Source of the DNA: Thermoanaerobaculia bacterium
GTDB taxonomy: Bacteria > Acidobacteriota > Thermoanaerobaculia > UBA5066
Assembly: GCA_963816185.1 (NCBI GenBank)
Contig: CAWFJJ010000001.1
Coordinates: forward strand, 544,001-608,000
DNA: 64,000 nt
Direction: 5' to 3'
In this document: piece after piece, positions 40,896-50,891 of the stretch
Layout of the letters: every line of letters begins with the position of its first letter
Position numbering within the stretch: position 1 is the first letter of the stretch
The notes under the pieces: model-generated
The model's input: only the letters and a program-made list of their open reading frames with translations
What the model was told of the DNA's origin: nothing
The model's database searches: none
Translations under genes and position numbers: made by a program

Positions 40896-43109
40896 ATGAC
40901 TACCTCGCGGCGCGAGTTCATTCAAATCAGCGGCGCGGGCTTCGGAGCCGCCGTCGCCGGGTCCGGTCTCGTGACGAAGTGGTGGGGGCTCGACCGCGAC
41001 GTCGTCGACGACCCCCGCACCGACGGCGACACCATCGTCCCGACCTTCTGCGAGCTCTGCTTCTGGAAGTGCGGCGTCCTCGCGCATGTGAAGAACGGCC
41101 GCGTCACGAAGATCGTCGGCAATCCCGAGCACCCTCTTTCGAAAGGCCGGCTCTGCCCGCGCGGCACGGGAGGAACGGGCCTCCTGTACGACCCGGACCG
41201 CTTGAAGACGCCGCTCCTGCGCAGGACGGGGAAGCGGGGCGACCAGACGTTCGAGGAGGTCTCCTGGGGGAAGGCGCTCGACTTCACGGCCGAGAAGCTC
41301 CTGAAGATCCAGAAGGAGTGCGGACCGGACAAGGTCGCGCTCTTCTCGCACGGCAACGGCGGGACGTTCTTCAAGCACCTCCTCTTCGCGTACGGCTCGG
41401 GCAACGTCACGGCTCCGTCTTACGGGCAGTGCCGCGGCCCGCGAGAGGTCGGCTTCCAGCTCACGTTCGGATCGCCGGTCGGCTCGCCCGAGGTCCTGGA
41501 CATCGGCAACAGCCGCTGCCTCACGCTAATGGGATCTCACCTCGGCGAGAACATGCACAACACGCAGGTCCAGGACTTCGCGCACGCGATCTCCAAAGGC
41601 GCGACGGTCATCGTCGTCGACCCGCGCTTCTCGACCGCGGCGGGCAAGGCCCGGTACTGGCTGCCGATCAAGCCCGGAACCGACCTCGCTCTCCTCCTCG
41701 CCTGGATGCACGTCATCGTGGCCGAGGGGCTCTACGACCGCGACTACGTCGAGAAATACACGACGGGCTTCGAAGAGCTCAAGAAGCACGTGGAGAACAG
41801 GACTCCGGAGTGGGCGTTCGCCGAGACCGGCATCGCTCCCGAAACGATCGTCGAGACGGCCCGAGTCATCGCGGGCGCGCGCCCGGCGTCGCTCGTCCAT
41901 CCTGGCCGCCACTCGACCTGGTACGGCGACGACACGCAGCGCGTGCGGGCGGTCGCGATCCTCAACGCGCTCCTCGGCTCGTGGGGGAGACGCGGAGGCT
42001 TCTTCGTTCCGGCCACGATGCCGCTGCCGGGCACTCCCGTCCCCGCCTACCCCCCGACGCCGGCCGTGCAGGACCACCCCGACGGCGTGGCATACCCGTT
42101 CGCCGACGAGCTCCTCGCGAACGGCGTCTGCGACGCGACGATTCCCGGCCGGATCGGCGGCTCCGGCTGCCCGATCAAGGCCTGGATCGTGTACGGCACG
42201 AACCTCATCCAGGCGCTCCCGCAGCGCGAGAACGTTCTCGAGGCGATCCAGAAACTGGATCTCCTCGTCGCAGTCGACGTCCTCCCGGCCGAGATCACCG
42301 GCTACGCGGACGTCGTTCTTCCGGAAGCGACGTACCTCGAGCGCTGGGACGACGTGGGATCGACCCCGTGGTCGGAGCCGTTCCTCTCGATCCGTCAGCC
42401 CGTGGTTCCCCCGCTGTACGAGAGCAAGCCCGGCTGGTGGATCGCGAAAGAGCTCGCCAAGCGCATGAACCTCGGCCACTACTTCCCCTGGGACGACCCC
42501 GAGGCGATGGTCGAAGCGCGTGTGAAGAAGGGCGGGTACGACTTCGCCCTCCTCAAGCGGACCGGCGTCCTCAAGGGCAAGCCGGTCCCCGTGACGACCG
42601 AAGACGGCCTCGAGCTCGCGTTCAAGACGCCGTCGAAGACGATCGAGATCTACTCGAAGCGGATGGCCGACATCGGTCTCCCTCCGCTCCCCGATTACAC
42701 CCGGCACCCGCAGCCCGCCGACGGACAGTTCCGCCTGCTCTTCGGGCGGACGCCGACGCACACGTTCGGCCGCACGACGAACAACCGCTTCCTCTCCCAG
42801 GTCTACGCGGAGAACGAGGTCTGGCTGAACGCGAAGATCGCTCGCGAAAGAGGCCTCGAAACCGGCGAGCGCGTCGTCCTCGTGAACCAGGACGGCGTGA
42901 GATCCGCGCCCGCGCGCGTGAAGGCCACACAGCGCATCCGCCCCGACTGCGTCTTCGTCGTCCACGGGTTCGGCCACGAGAGCCCCGGGCTCAAGTTCGC
43001 GAAGGGGCGCGGCCTCGACGACAGCAAGCTCATGTCACGAGTCGCCATCGATCCCGTCGCCGGCTCGACCGGGATGAGCGTCAACTTCGTGACCGTGGAG
43101 AGGGCTTGA
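40896..43109 (+). CDS. psrA: Polysulfide/thiosulfate reductase-type molybdopterin catalytic subunit
   Basis: Tat signal SRREFI. 4Fe-4S motif CELCFWKC...LCPRG. Also APSYGQCRGPR (putative Mo-Cys), VVDPRFS, PIKPGTD and ADVVLPEATYLER. Confidence 0.88.
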   Translation: MTTSRREFIQISGAGFGAAVAGSGLVTKWWGLDRDVVDDPRTDGDTIVPTFCELCFWKCGVLAHVKNGRVTKIVGNPEHPLSKGRLCPRGTGGTGLLYDPDRLKTPLLRRTGKRGDQTFEEVSWGKALDFTAEKLLKIQKECGPDKVALFSHGNGGTFFKHLLFAYGSGNVTAPSYGQCRGPREVGFQLTFGSPVGSPEVLDIGNSRCLTLMGSHLGENMHNTQVQDFAHAISKGATVIVVDPRFSTAAGKARYWLPIKPGTDLALLLAWMHVIVAEGLYDRDYVEKYTTGFEELKKHVENRTPEWAFAETGIAPETIVETARVIAGARPASLVHPGRHSTWYGDDTQRVRAVAILNALLGSWGRRGGFFVPATMPLPGTPVPAYPPTPAVQDHPDGVAYPFADELLANGVCDATIPGRIGGSGCPIKAWIVYGTNLIQALPQRENVLEAIQKLDLLVAVDVLPAEITGYADVVLPEATYLERWDDVGSTPWSEPFLSIRQPVVPPLYESKPGWWIAKELAKRMNLGHYFPWDDPEAMVEARVKKGGYDFALLKRTGVLKGKPVPVTTEDGLELAFKTPSKTIEIYSKRMADIGLPPLPDYTRHPQPADGQFRLLFGRTPTHTFGRTTNNRFLSQVYAENEVWLNAKIARERGLETGERVVLVNQDGVRSAPARVKATQRIRPDCVFVVHGFGHESPGLKFAKGRGLDDSKLMSRVAIDPVAGSTGMSVNFVTVERA

Positions 43110-43110
43110 G

Positions 43111-43659
43111 ATGAGCGCCCAGCCGAAACGCTACGCGATGACCGTCGACACGCGTCTCTGCGTCGGGTGCAAGGCGTGCGTCCTCGCCTGCAAGGCCGAG
43201 AACTCCGTTCCGGACGGCTTCTGCCGCGACTGGGTCGTGGAGGACGTGCGCGGCGAGTTCCCGCAGCTCTCGGCGGAGATCCGGTCGGAACGGTGCAATC
43301 AGTGCACCGACGCCCCGTGTGTGAAGAGCTGCCCGACCGGCGCGAGCCACGTCAACGAGGGCGGCGTCGTCCTCGTCACGCACGGCAAGTGCTCGGGCTG
43401 CAAGGCCTGCATCGCGGCGTGTCCGTACGACGCGCGGTTCGTCCACCCGAAGGGATACGTCGACAAGTGCACGTTCTGCCTCCACCGCGTGAAGAAGGGC
43501 CTCGCGCCGGCCTGCGTGGCGGTCTGCCCGACCGGGACTCTCGTCTTCGGCGACCGCAACGACCCGGCCTCGGGGGTCGCGCAGAAGTTGAGCGCCCGCC
43601 GCTGGAAGGTGAATCACCTCGAAAGCGGCGCCGGGCCGAACGTCTTTTTCCTCACCTGA
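43111..43659 (+). CDS. psrB: PsrB/NrfC-type 4x[4Fe-4S] subunit
   Basis: CVGCKACVLAC, CNQCTDAPCVKSCP, CSGCKACIAACPY and KCTFC...PACVAVCP. Confidence 0.9.
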   Translation: MSAQPKRYAMTVDTRLCVGCKACVLACKAENSVPDGFCRDWVVEDVRGEFPQLSAEIRSERCNQCTDAPCVKSCPTGASHVNEGGVVLVTHGKCSGCKACIAACPYDARFVHPKGYVDKCTFCLHRVKKGLAPACVAVCPTGTLVFGDRNDPASGVAQKLSARRWKVNHLESGAGPNVFFLT

Positions 43660-43669
43660 AGGATCATCC

Positions 43670-44650
43670 ATGACGCCAGCGTCCTCGCAGCTTCTCGAGA
43701 CCGTCACGACCCGCGCGAACGCGCAGGTCGATCCGTCGCTCCACGTCTGGGGCTGGCAGATCGTCCTTTACCTCTTCCTCGGCGGCCTCGTCGCGGGAAT
43801 CTTCATCCTGTCCGCGGCCCTCGAGCTGAAGTCGGGCGAAAGGGCCCGGACGCGCGCGCTCTCAGCGATGCCGTTCGCCGCCCTCGCCCTTCTGTCGTTC
43901 GGGATGCTGTTTCTGTGGCTCGACCTCGAGCACAGGTTCTGGGCGTGGCGCTTCTACGCGACGTTCCGTCCCACCTCGCCGATGTCGTGGGGCGCGTGGA
44001 TTCTCGTCCTCGTCTACCCGGCCGGGCTCCTCCTCGGCCTGGGCTCTCTCGACGACGGCCAGCGCGGCACGCTCCGCGGCTTCGCTCCCGCGAAGGTCCG
44101 GGGCTTGCTCTCGAAGCTCCTCGCCTTCGGCGACCACTTCCGCAGGCCGCTCCTCCTAGCGAATGTCGCTCTGGGAGTCGCCCTCGGCCTCTACACCGGC
44201 CTCCTCCTCGGGACGCTGCCGGCGCGGCTCGCGTGGAACAGCGCGGTCCTGGGCCCGCTCTTCCTCGCGTCGGGGATCTCGACGGGCGCGGCGACTCTCC
44301 TTCTCCTGAAACTCGACGAGAGCGAAAGGAGAACCCTCATCCGCTGGGATTTCGCCGCGATCGCCGCCGAGCTCGTCCTCCTCGCCCTGATGCTCGTGGG
44401 CTTCGGCACGTCGGGGGAGGCCGGCCGCACGGCGGCCCACGCGTTCCTCGGCGGAGAGTACACGGCGGTCTTCTGGTCGGTCGTCGTCTTCATGGGCCTC
44501 CTCGTCCCGCTCGCGATGGAAGTGATCGAGGCGCGGCGGCAGCTCCCGTTCGTCGCGCTCGTCCCGGTCCTGATCCTCGCGGGCGGTCTCGCGCTCCGCT
44601 GGATCCTTCTCGTCGCGGGCCAGCACTCCGCGTTCCGCTTCCTTCCGTGA
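43670..44650 (+). CDS. psrC: PsrC/NrfD membrane anchor subunit
   Basis: WGWQIVLYLFLGGLVAG, LDL, SPMSWGAWIL, YTGLLL and LFLASGISTG. Confidence 0.9.
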   Translation: MTPASSQLLETVTTRANAQVDPSLHVWGWQIVLYLFLGGLVAGIFILSAALELKSGERARTRALSAMPFAALALLSFGMLFLWLDLEHRFWAWRFYATFRPTSPMSWGAWILVLVYPAGLLLGLGSLDDGQRGTLRGFAPAKVRGLLSKLLAFGDHFRRPLLLANVALGVALGLYTGLLLGTLPARLAWNSAVLGPLFLASGISTGAATLLLLKLDESERRTLIRWDFAAIAAELVLLALMLVGFGTSGEAGRTAAHAFLGGEYTAVFWSVVVFMGLLVPLAMEVIEARRQLPFVALVPVLILAGGLALRWILLVAGQHSAFRFLP

Positions 44651-44664
44651 ACGAGGTGACACAC

Positions 44665-45198
44665 ATGTCGAACGGCTCCGCCCCTCCCGCCGAACGCCCG
44701 TTCTGGAACCCGTACGTCGCGGGCGTCGTCCTGGGTCTCGTCCTCCTGGCCTCCTTTCTCGTCATGGGATGGGGCCTCGGCGCCTCGGGCGCCACGACGC
44801 GCTTCGCCGTCGGCGCGGCGCACCTCGTCGCCCCGAAGACCGTCGAAGGGAACGCCTACTTCTCGCAGTACGTCGGCCCCGGCAAGCACGTCCTCGACGA
44901 CTGGCTCGTGTTCGAGGTCTTCGGCGTCTTCCTCGGCGGCGCCTTCGGCGCCTATTCCGCGGGGCGGATGAAGCTGGGCGTCGACAAGGGCCCGAACGTC
45001 ACCACGGCGAAGCGCTTCGTCCTCGCGGTCTTCGGCGGCGTCCTGATGGGGATCGCGGCGCGCCTCGCCCGCGGCTGCACGTCCGGCCAGGCGCTCACCG
45101 GAGGAGCCGCGCTCTCGCTCGGGTCCTGGGTCTTCATGATGGCGGTCTTCACCGGCGGATACCTCGCCGCGCCGCTCGTGAGGAGGGAATGGCGATGA
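44665..45198 (+). CDS. YeeE/YedE family sulfur-compound transporter
   Basis: WNPYVAGVVLGLVLL, GLGASGA and ARLARGCTSGQALTG. Confidence 0.88.
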   Translation: MSNGSAPPAERPFWNPYVAGVVLGLVLLASFLVMGWGLGASGATTRFAVGAAHLVAPKTVEGNAYFSQYVGPGKHVLDDWLVFEVFGVFLGGAFGAYSAGRMKLGVDKGPNVTTAKRFVLAVFGGVLMGIAARLARGCTSGQALTGGAALSLGSWVFMMAVFTGGYLAAPLVRREWR

Positions 45199-46376
45199 GC
45201 TTTCCGCTTTACGGCCACGGCGCGTTCGGCTACTTCTCCGGCCTTCTCGTCGGGACCCTGGTCGGCATCGCCTTCGGCTTCGTCCTCGAGCGCGCGGGCT
45301 TCGGCCAGGCGCGGAACCTCGCCGCGCAGTTCTACCTGACGAACACACGGGTCCTGAAGGTCATGTTCAGCGCGATCGTGACCGCGCTCGTCGGGATGGC
45401 GCTCCTCTCCGGCGTCGGCCTCCTCGACCTCTCGCTCGTCACCGTCCCCGAGACCTTCCTCTGGCCGCAGCTCGTCGGCGGCCTTCTCCTCGGTGTGGGA
45501 TTCATCGTCTCCGGCTACTGCCCCGGCACCGGCGTCGTGGCCGCCGCCTCCGGGAATCTCGACGGCGCCGCCGCCATCGGCGGCGTCATGCTCGGCTCGC
45601 TCGTCTTCGGCTTCGGGTACGGACCGCTCGAGAGCTTCTACAAGACAGGGGCGATGGGAGTCGTGAGGCTTCAGGACCTCCTCGGCGTGCCGACCGCGGT
45701 CGTCGCGGCCGGCGTCGTCGCGATGGCGATCGGGGCGTTCCTCGGCGGAGAGAAGCTCGAGAGGATTTTCACGAAAAGAGCCGGCGAGGAGGCGCCTGAT
45801 TCCCCGCGCCCGATCAAGCTCAACGTCTTCGGCGGTTTCGCGGCCGCGGCGGTGCTCGCGATCGCCGCTCTTGCCCTTCCGGTTCGGGCGAAAGGAGAAG
45901 GCGGGCGAACGACCGGGACGATCAGCTCGTCCGCGCTCGCGCGCCAGCTGGTCACGGCGCCGCGGGAGATCTGGCTGCTCGATCTGCGCCCAGGTTCCTT
46001 ACCGGATCGAATTCCGGGAGCGATCGTTCTGCCGGATGGGGACTCGAAGGCCGATCTCGCCGCGGGGCTTTCCCCGACGCGTCCGCTCGTCGTGTATGCC
46101 CAGCGCGATCTCGCGAAGCTTCCGGACGGAGTCCGGCGCTTCCCGGGAGAGGTCCGGGTCCTCGCCGGAGGATACGAGGCGTGGCAGTCGGCGATTCTGG
46201 CGCCGCCCGTTCCGCCGGAGAGCCCGACGCCTGCCCTGATCGCCGAGTTCCGTGTCCAGAGCGCTCTGCACGCGCATTTCACCGGTGCGACGGACGTCGA
46301 AGCGCCGAAGGTGGAGCTGAAGCCCGTGGCCGCGGCCGCGCCCGCCTCGGGCCCGAAGAAGGGAGGCGGCTGCTAG
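45195..46376 (+). CDS. YeeE/YedE transporter fused to a rhodanese-like domain, ending in GGC
   Basis: FGFVLERAGF, SGYCPGT, LLDLRP..IPGA..VVY..VRVLAGGYEAW and terminal PKKGGGC. Confidence 0.87.
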   Translation: MSFPLYGHGAFGYFSGLLVGTLVGIAFGFVLERAGFGQARNLAAQFYLTNTRVLKVMFSAIVTALVGMALLSGVGLLDLSLVTVPETFLWPQLVGGLLLGVGFIVSGYCPGTGVVAAASGNLDGAAAIGGVMLGSLVFGFGYGPLESFYKTGAMGVVRLQDLLGVPTAVVAAGVVAMAIGAFLGGEKLERIFTKRAGEEAPDSPRPIKLNVFGGFAAAAVLAIAALALPVRAKGEGGRTTGTISSSALARQLVTAPREIWLLDLRPGSLPDRIPGAIVLPDGDSKADLAAGLSPTRPLVVYAQRDLAKLPDGVRRFPGEVRVLAGGYEAWQSAILAPPVPPESPTPALIAEFRVQSALHAHFTGATDVEAPKVELKPVAAAAPASGPKKGGGC

Positions 46377-46451
46377 AAGCCGACCGCGACCCGTCCCCGA
46401 CCTTTTCGATCTCATTGGACGTGAACCGTCCGCATACAAAAGGAGTGTTCG

Positions 46452-47702
46452 ATGAAAAAGCTCTCAGGCGGTGCCCTGCTCGTGGGCCTCGCTCTCGCAG
46501 CCGCCCCCGTCCTCGCGACGGACGGCTATTTCCAGCTCGGCTACGGTACGCCGAACGTCGGCATGGCCGGCGTCGGCGCCGCGCTTCCGCTCAACACGAT
46601 GGCGCCCGCGACGAACCCGGCGGCCGACGCGTGGGTGACCGGGTACGACCTCAACGTCGCTTTCTTCAACCCGAACCGCCAGTTCACGGTGACCGGCTCG
46701 CCCTCGGGCTTCCCCGGTACGTTCGGACTCCAGCCGGGCACCGTCAAGAGCGGCGACTCGCTCTTCCTCGTGCCGGGACTCGGCGCGAACTGGAAGCTCA
46801 ACGACAAGATGACGTTCGGCGTCGCGATCTACGGGAACGGCGGCATGAACACGACGTACGCCGAGTCGGTCTTCTACGCGGGCCGGACGGGCGTGAACCT
46901 CATGCAGCTCTACGTCGCGCCGACCTTGACGTACAAGGTGGGGGAGAACCATGCGTTCGGCGTGAGCCCGGTCTTCGGGTACCAGCGGTTCCAGGCCGAA
47001 GGAGTCGGAAGCTTCGCGCCGTTCTCCTCCTCGGCCGGAAACCTCTCGAACAACGGCTACGACACGTCGCTCGGCTGGGGCGTCCGCGTCGGTTATCTCG
47101 GCAAGCTCACGCCCTGGCTCTCGGTCGGCGGCTCGTACCAGACCGAGATGGAGATGCAGAAGTTCAAGAAATACAGCGGGCTCTTCGCAGAGGGCGGCGA
47201 TTTCGACATCCCGGCGAACTGGACGGTCGGTCTCGCCGTCAAGCCCGTCGAGAGCGTCACGGTCGCATTCGACGTCCAGCAGATCGATTTCAGCCAGACC
47301 GAATCGATCGGGAACCCGCTTCTCCCGAACCTGATGACGGCGCGCCTCGGCGACGACAGCGGCGCCGGGTTCGGCTGGAGGAACGTCACGGTGTACAAGC
47401 TCGGCGTCCAGTGGGTCACGAGCCCGAGCCTCACGGTCCGCGCGGGCTACGCTTTCGCGAAGCAGCCCATCCCCGAGTCGGAGGTCCTCTTCAACATCCT
47501 CGCCCCCGGCGTCATCGAGCAGCACATCACGGCGGGCGTCAGCGCGAAAGTCGGGGAGAAGTCGACGGTCCACCTCTCCGTCGTCCGTGCGCTCTCGCAC
47601 TCCGTCACCGGCCCGAACCCGCTCGAGGCCCCCGGCCAGCAGACGATCGAGCTGAAGATGGATCAGTGGCTCTTCGACCTCGGCTTGTCGTTCGGGTTCT
47701 GA
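46452..47702 (+). CDS. FadL/OmpP1-family outer-membrane channel
   Basis: SD AAGGAG and a signal peptide. ATDGYF, GMAG, NPA, GNGGMNT and a C-terminal Phe. Confidence 0.9.
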   Translation: MKKLSGGALLVGLALAAAPVLATDGYFQLGYGTPNVGMAGVGAALPLNTMAPATNPAADAWVTGYDLNVAFFNPNRQFTVTGSPSGFPGTFGLQPGTVKSGDSLFLVPGLGANWKLNDKMTFGVAIYGNGGMNTTYAESVFYAGRTGVNLMQLYVAPTLTYKVGENHAFGVSPVFGYQRFQAEGVGSFAPFSSSAGNLSNNGYDTSLGWGVRVGYLGKLTPWLSVGGSYQTEMEMQKFKKYSGLFAEGGDFDIPANWTVGLAVKPVESVTVAFDVQQIDFSQTESIGNPLLPNLMTARLGDDSGAGFGWRNVTVYKLGVQWVTSPSLTVRAGYAFAKQPIPESEVLFNILAPGVIEQHITAGVSAKVGEKSTVHLSVVRALSHSVTGPNPLEAPGQQTIELKMDQWLFDLGLSFGF

Positions 47703-47842
47703 CGACGGTCGTTTCCATGAGGCCTCGAAGCCGCGGTCCGGAAGGTGGTGTGCTGAGGGGTGCGCTGAAATCCTTACCGCACCGATGACGGCGGTAAGCG
47801 CTGCCTGCCCGGTCGTTCTGCCGGTTCGGCACGGTTACGAGA

Positions 47843-47858
47843 CGGCACGGCTCATGCT
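47843..47858 (+). promoter_or_regulatory. Possible sigma-54 promoter (CGGCACGGCTCATGCT) upstream of the H+-ATPase
   Basis: GG-N10-GC spacing with a GGCACG core. Confidence 0.4.
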
Positions 47859-47882
47859 GTCCTTGTGGCCGGGTGATGGGAA

Positions 47883-50321
47883 ATGGATGCGGTAACCGTC
47901 AAGGCGCCTGACTCCTCCGTGTCGGTTTCCGACAGCCTCGCGGCGGAAGGCGTGAACCCCGAGACGGGGCTCACGCGCGCGGAAGTGGACGTCCGTCGCA
48001 AGGAGCACGGCTACAACGAGGTGGCCGAGAAGAAGGGGCACCCCGCCCTCAAGTTTCTCGGGAAGTTCTGGGGCGTGTCGGCGTGGATGCTCGAGCTGAT
48101 CATGGTGCTGTCGGCCGTGCTCGGAAACACGTCGGATCTCGCCGTCGTGGGCGCGCTTCTGGTGATCAACGCCATCCTGAGCTTCACGCAGGAGCATCGA
48201 GCTGAAGGCGTGGTCGAAGAGCTGCGGAGACGTCTGCAGGTCCGCGCGCGCGTGCTTCGCGAATCGACCTGGCAGGTCATCCCCTCGCGGGAGCTCGTCC
48301 CCGGCGACATCGTGCGCGTGCGTCCCGGCGACGTCGTCCCGGCCGACGTGAGGCTCCTCACGGGAGCCTTGACCGTGGATCAGTCGGCGCTCACGGGCGA
48401 ATCGAAGGACGCGGACAAGGCGCCGGGTGAGGTCCTTTCGTCGGGCTCCGTCGTCCGCCGGGGGGAAGGCGACGGCGTTGTGACGCTGACGGGAGCGGCC
48501 ACGTCCCTCGGCCGCACGACGGAGCTCGTGCAGCTGGCGCGTCCGAAGCTCCACATCGAAGCAGTCGTGGCCAAGGTGGTCCGGTGGCTCTTCGTCATCC
48601 TGGTCGCGCTGCTGGGTTCGGTGGTCGTGTTGTCTCTGATCCGACGCGTGGCGCTCGTCGAGATGGTACCGCTCGTGCTCGTCCTCCTGATGAGCGCGGT
48701 GCCGGTCGCCCTCCCCGTCATGTTCACGGTCAGCATGGCCGTCGGGTCCAGGGAGCTGGCGAAGCGCGGCGTGCTGGTGACGCGGCTCAGCGCCGCGGAG
48801 GACGCGGCGACGATGGATGTCCTCTGCGTGGACAAGACGGGCACGATCACGATGAACCAGCTGGCCGTCACGGGAGTCATCCCGCTGGAGCGCGCGACGG
48901 AATCCGACGTCCTTGTCGCCGGCGCGCTTGCGTCCCGGGAAGCCAACCAGGACCCGATCGATCTCGCGTTTCTCGCCGCGGCGAAGGAGCGTCGCGTCCT
49001 CGACGGCCGGCCCGCGGCCACGCCCGTCTCCTTCGCGCCGTTCGACGCGAAGAACCGGCGGACGGAAGCCGTCGTCGAGCAGAACGGGCAGCGGCTGCGC
49101 GTGATGAAGGGCGCCGTACGAACCGTCGCCGAGGCCTGCGGACTTCAGCCCCAGGCGATCGAGGCGCTGGAGGCGCGGGTCGGCGACGCGGCGCTGAAGG
49201 GCTTTCGGACGCTGGCGGTCGCACGCGGACCCGAGACGGGCGTTCCCGCGCTGGTCGGCCTCGTGACGCTGTACGACCCGCCCCGGCCGGACGCCGGTCC
49301 GCTCATCGCCGCGCTGCGCGGTCTCGGTGTCTCGGTCAAGATGCTCACCGGCGACGCGCTGGCGGTCGCGGCCGAGATCGCGCGCGGGGTCGGCCTGCCG
49401 AACATCCGGCGCATGGCCGACCTGAAGGCCGCCGGCATGCCGGCCGGAAACGAGTCGGTCGACCTCCTGTCCGGGACCGACGGCTTCGCCGAAGTGTTCC
49501 CCGAGGACAAGTATGTCGTCGTCCAGCACCTGCAGGCCGCCGGTCACGTGACCGGCATGACGGGCGACGGCGTCAACGACGCGCCCGCCCTTCGCCAGGC
49601 CGAGGTGGGCATCGCCGTAAGCACCGCGACCGATGTTGCAAAGGGCGCCGCCAGCGTCGTCCTGACCGACCCGGGCCTGACGAACATCGTGGCGCTCGTC
49701 GAGCAGGGCCGGGTCATCTACCAGCGCGTCCTGACGTGGATCATCAACAAGATCAGCCGGACGATCCTGAAGGCGGCCTTCGTGGCCATCGCGTTCGTGG
49801 TGACCGGCAAGTTCGTGGTGTCCGCCTTCGCGATGCTTCTCCTCGTCTTCATGACGGACTTCGCCAAGGTGTCCCTCGCCACCGATCGCGTGCGGCCGTC
49901 CCCCAAGCCGGAGACCTGGAACATCGGGGGCTTCATCTTCGTGTCCGCGGTGCTGGGAATCGCGATGGTCGGAGAGGCGCTCGGCCTCCTGTGGATCGGC
50001 TGGTCGCGTTTCGGCCTGGGGGCGAACGACCACGCGCTCCATACCTTCAGCTTCCTGACGCTGCTCTACTTCGCGGCTTTCTCCGTCGTGTCCGCGCGCG
50101 AGCGGCGCTGGTTCTGGGCGACGATGCCCAGCAAGACGCTCGCGGCCGCCATCACGGTCGACGTGCTCGCGGGCACGGCCCTGACGCGCGTGGGCCTCCC
50201 GGGGCTCGTCGGATTGCCCTGGTGGCAGACGCTCGCTATCTTCGGTTATGCGGCGGTGGCCTGCCTCCTCGTCAACGATGCCCTCAAGGTTGCGTTGATC
50301 AGATGGCGCGTCCCCGCCTGA
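47883..50321 (+). CDS. Plasma-membrane proton-efflux P-type ATPase (type IIIA)
   Basis: DQSALTGES, PVALP, LCVDKTGTITMNQL, DPID, KGA, FAEVFPEDKY and GMTGDGVNDAPAL. Confidence 0.9.
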   Translation: MDAVTVKAPDSSVSVSDSLAAEGVNPETGLTRAEVDVRRKEHGYNEVAEKKGHPALKFLGKFWGVSAWMLELIMVLSAVLGNTSDLAVVGALLVINAILSFTQEHRAEGVVEELRRRLQVRARVLRESTWQVIPSRELVPGDIVRVRPGDVVPADVRLLTGALTVDQSALTGESKDADKAPGEVLSSGSVVRRGEGDGVVTLTGAATSLGRTTELVQLARPKLHIEAVVAKVVRWLFVILVALLGSVVVLSLIRRVALVEMVPLVLVLLMSAVPVALPVMFTVSMAVGSRELAKRGVLVTRLSAAEDAATMDVLCVDKTGTITMNQLAVTGVIPLERATESDVLVAGALASREANQDPIDLAFLAAAKERRVLDGRPAATPVSFAPFDAKNRRTEAVVEQNGQRLRVMKGAVRTVAEACGLQPQAIEALEARVGDAALKGFRTLAVARGPETGVPALVGLVTLYDPPRPDAGPLIAALRGLGVSVKMLTGDALAVAAEIARGVGLPNIRRMADLKAAGMPAGNESVDLLSGTDGFAEVFPEDKYVVVQHLQAAGHVTGMTGDGVNDAPALRQAEVGIAVSTATDVAKGAASVVLTDPGLTNIVALVEQGRVIYQRVLTWIINKISRTILKAAFVAIAFVVTGKFVVSAFAMLLLVFMTDFAKVSLATDRVRPSPKPETWNIGGFIFVSAVLGIAMVGEALGLLWIGWSRFGLGANDHALHTFSFLTLLYFAAFSVVSARERRWFWATMPSKTLAAAITVDVLAGTALTRVGLPGLVGLPWWQTLAIFGYAAVACLLVNDALKVALIRWRVPA

Positions 50322-50366
50322 AGCGACTCGTCCAGCCTCCGGCGCAACCGCTCGGCGCCGTCGGCG

Positions 50367-50891
50367 TCACCTCTCCTTTAGGAGCCGGACGACGTCCCGC
50401 TCGATCGCGGCGAGATCGTCCTCGCCCTCGTGCCGCGCGCGGAGGCGCCCGGCGCGGTCGACGACGAAGGCCACGGGGAGCCCGAGGATGCCGCCCCACG
50501 CCTTCGCGACCTTCTCGTCTCCCAGGGCGAGCCGGTACGTCGTCCCGTACGTGCGACGAAAGTCGCGCACGGGTGCCGGAGATTCGTCGAGAGAGATTCC
50601 GACGACCTCGAGGCCCTGCGTCCGGTACTTCGCATAGAGCCGGACGAAGCCCGGGGCCTGGGAGCGGCACGGTACGCACCACGTCGCCCAGAAATCGACG
50701 ACGACGACCTTCCCGCGCAGCGAGGCGAGGTCGAGGGGCGCCCCGTCGAGGTCGACGAGCGCGAGCGTCGGCGCCGGGCCGCCGGGCTTCGGCGCCGACG
50801 CATCCACGCCGCGCGTGGCGGCCGCGAGGAGAACCGCAAGGGCCGCTGCGCCGATCAGGAGCCCACGCGTGCGGGCCGCCTTCTCACCCAC
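50367..50891 (-). CDS. TlpA/ResA-like thiol-disulfide oxidoreductase
   Basis: N-terminal anchor, DFWATWCVPC and GLP. Confidence 0.9.
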   Translation of the reverse strand: MGEKAARTRGLLIGAAALAVLLAAATRGVDASAPKPGGPAPTLALVDLDGAPLDLASLRGKVVVVDFWATWCVPCRSQAPGFVRLYAKYRTQGLEVVGISLDESPAPVRDFRRTYGTTYRLALGDEKVAKAWGGILGLPVAFVVDRAGRLRARHEGEDDLAAIERDVVRLLKER

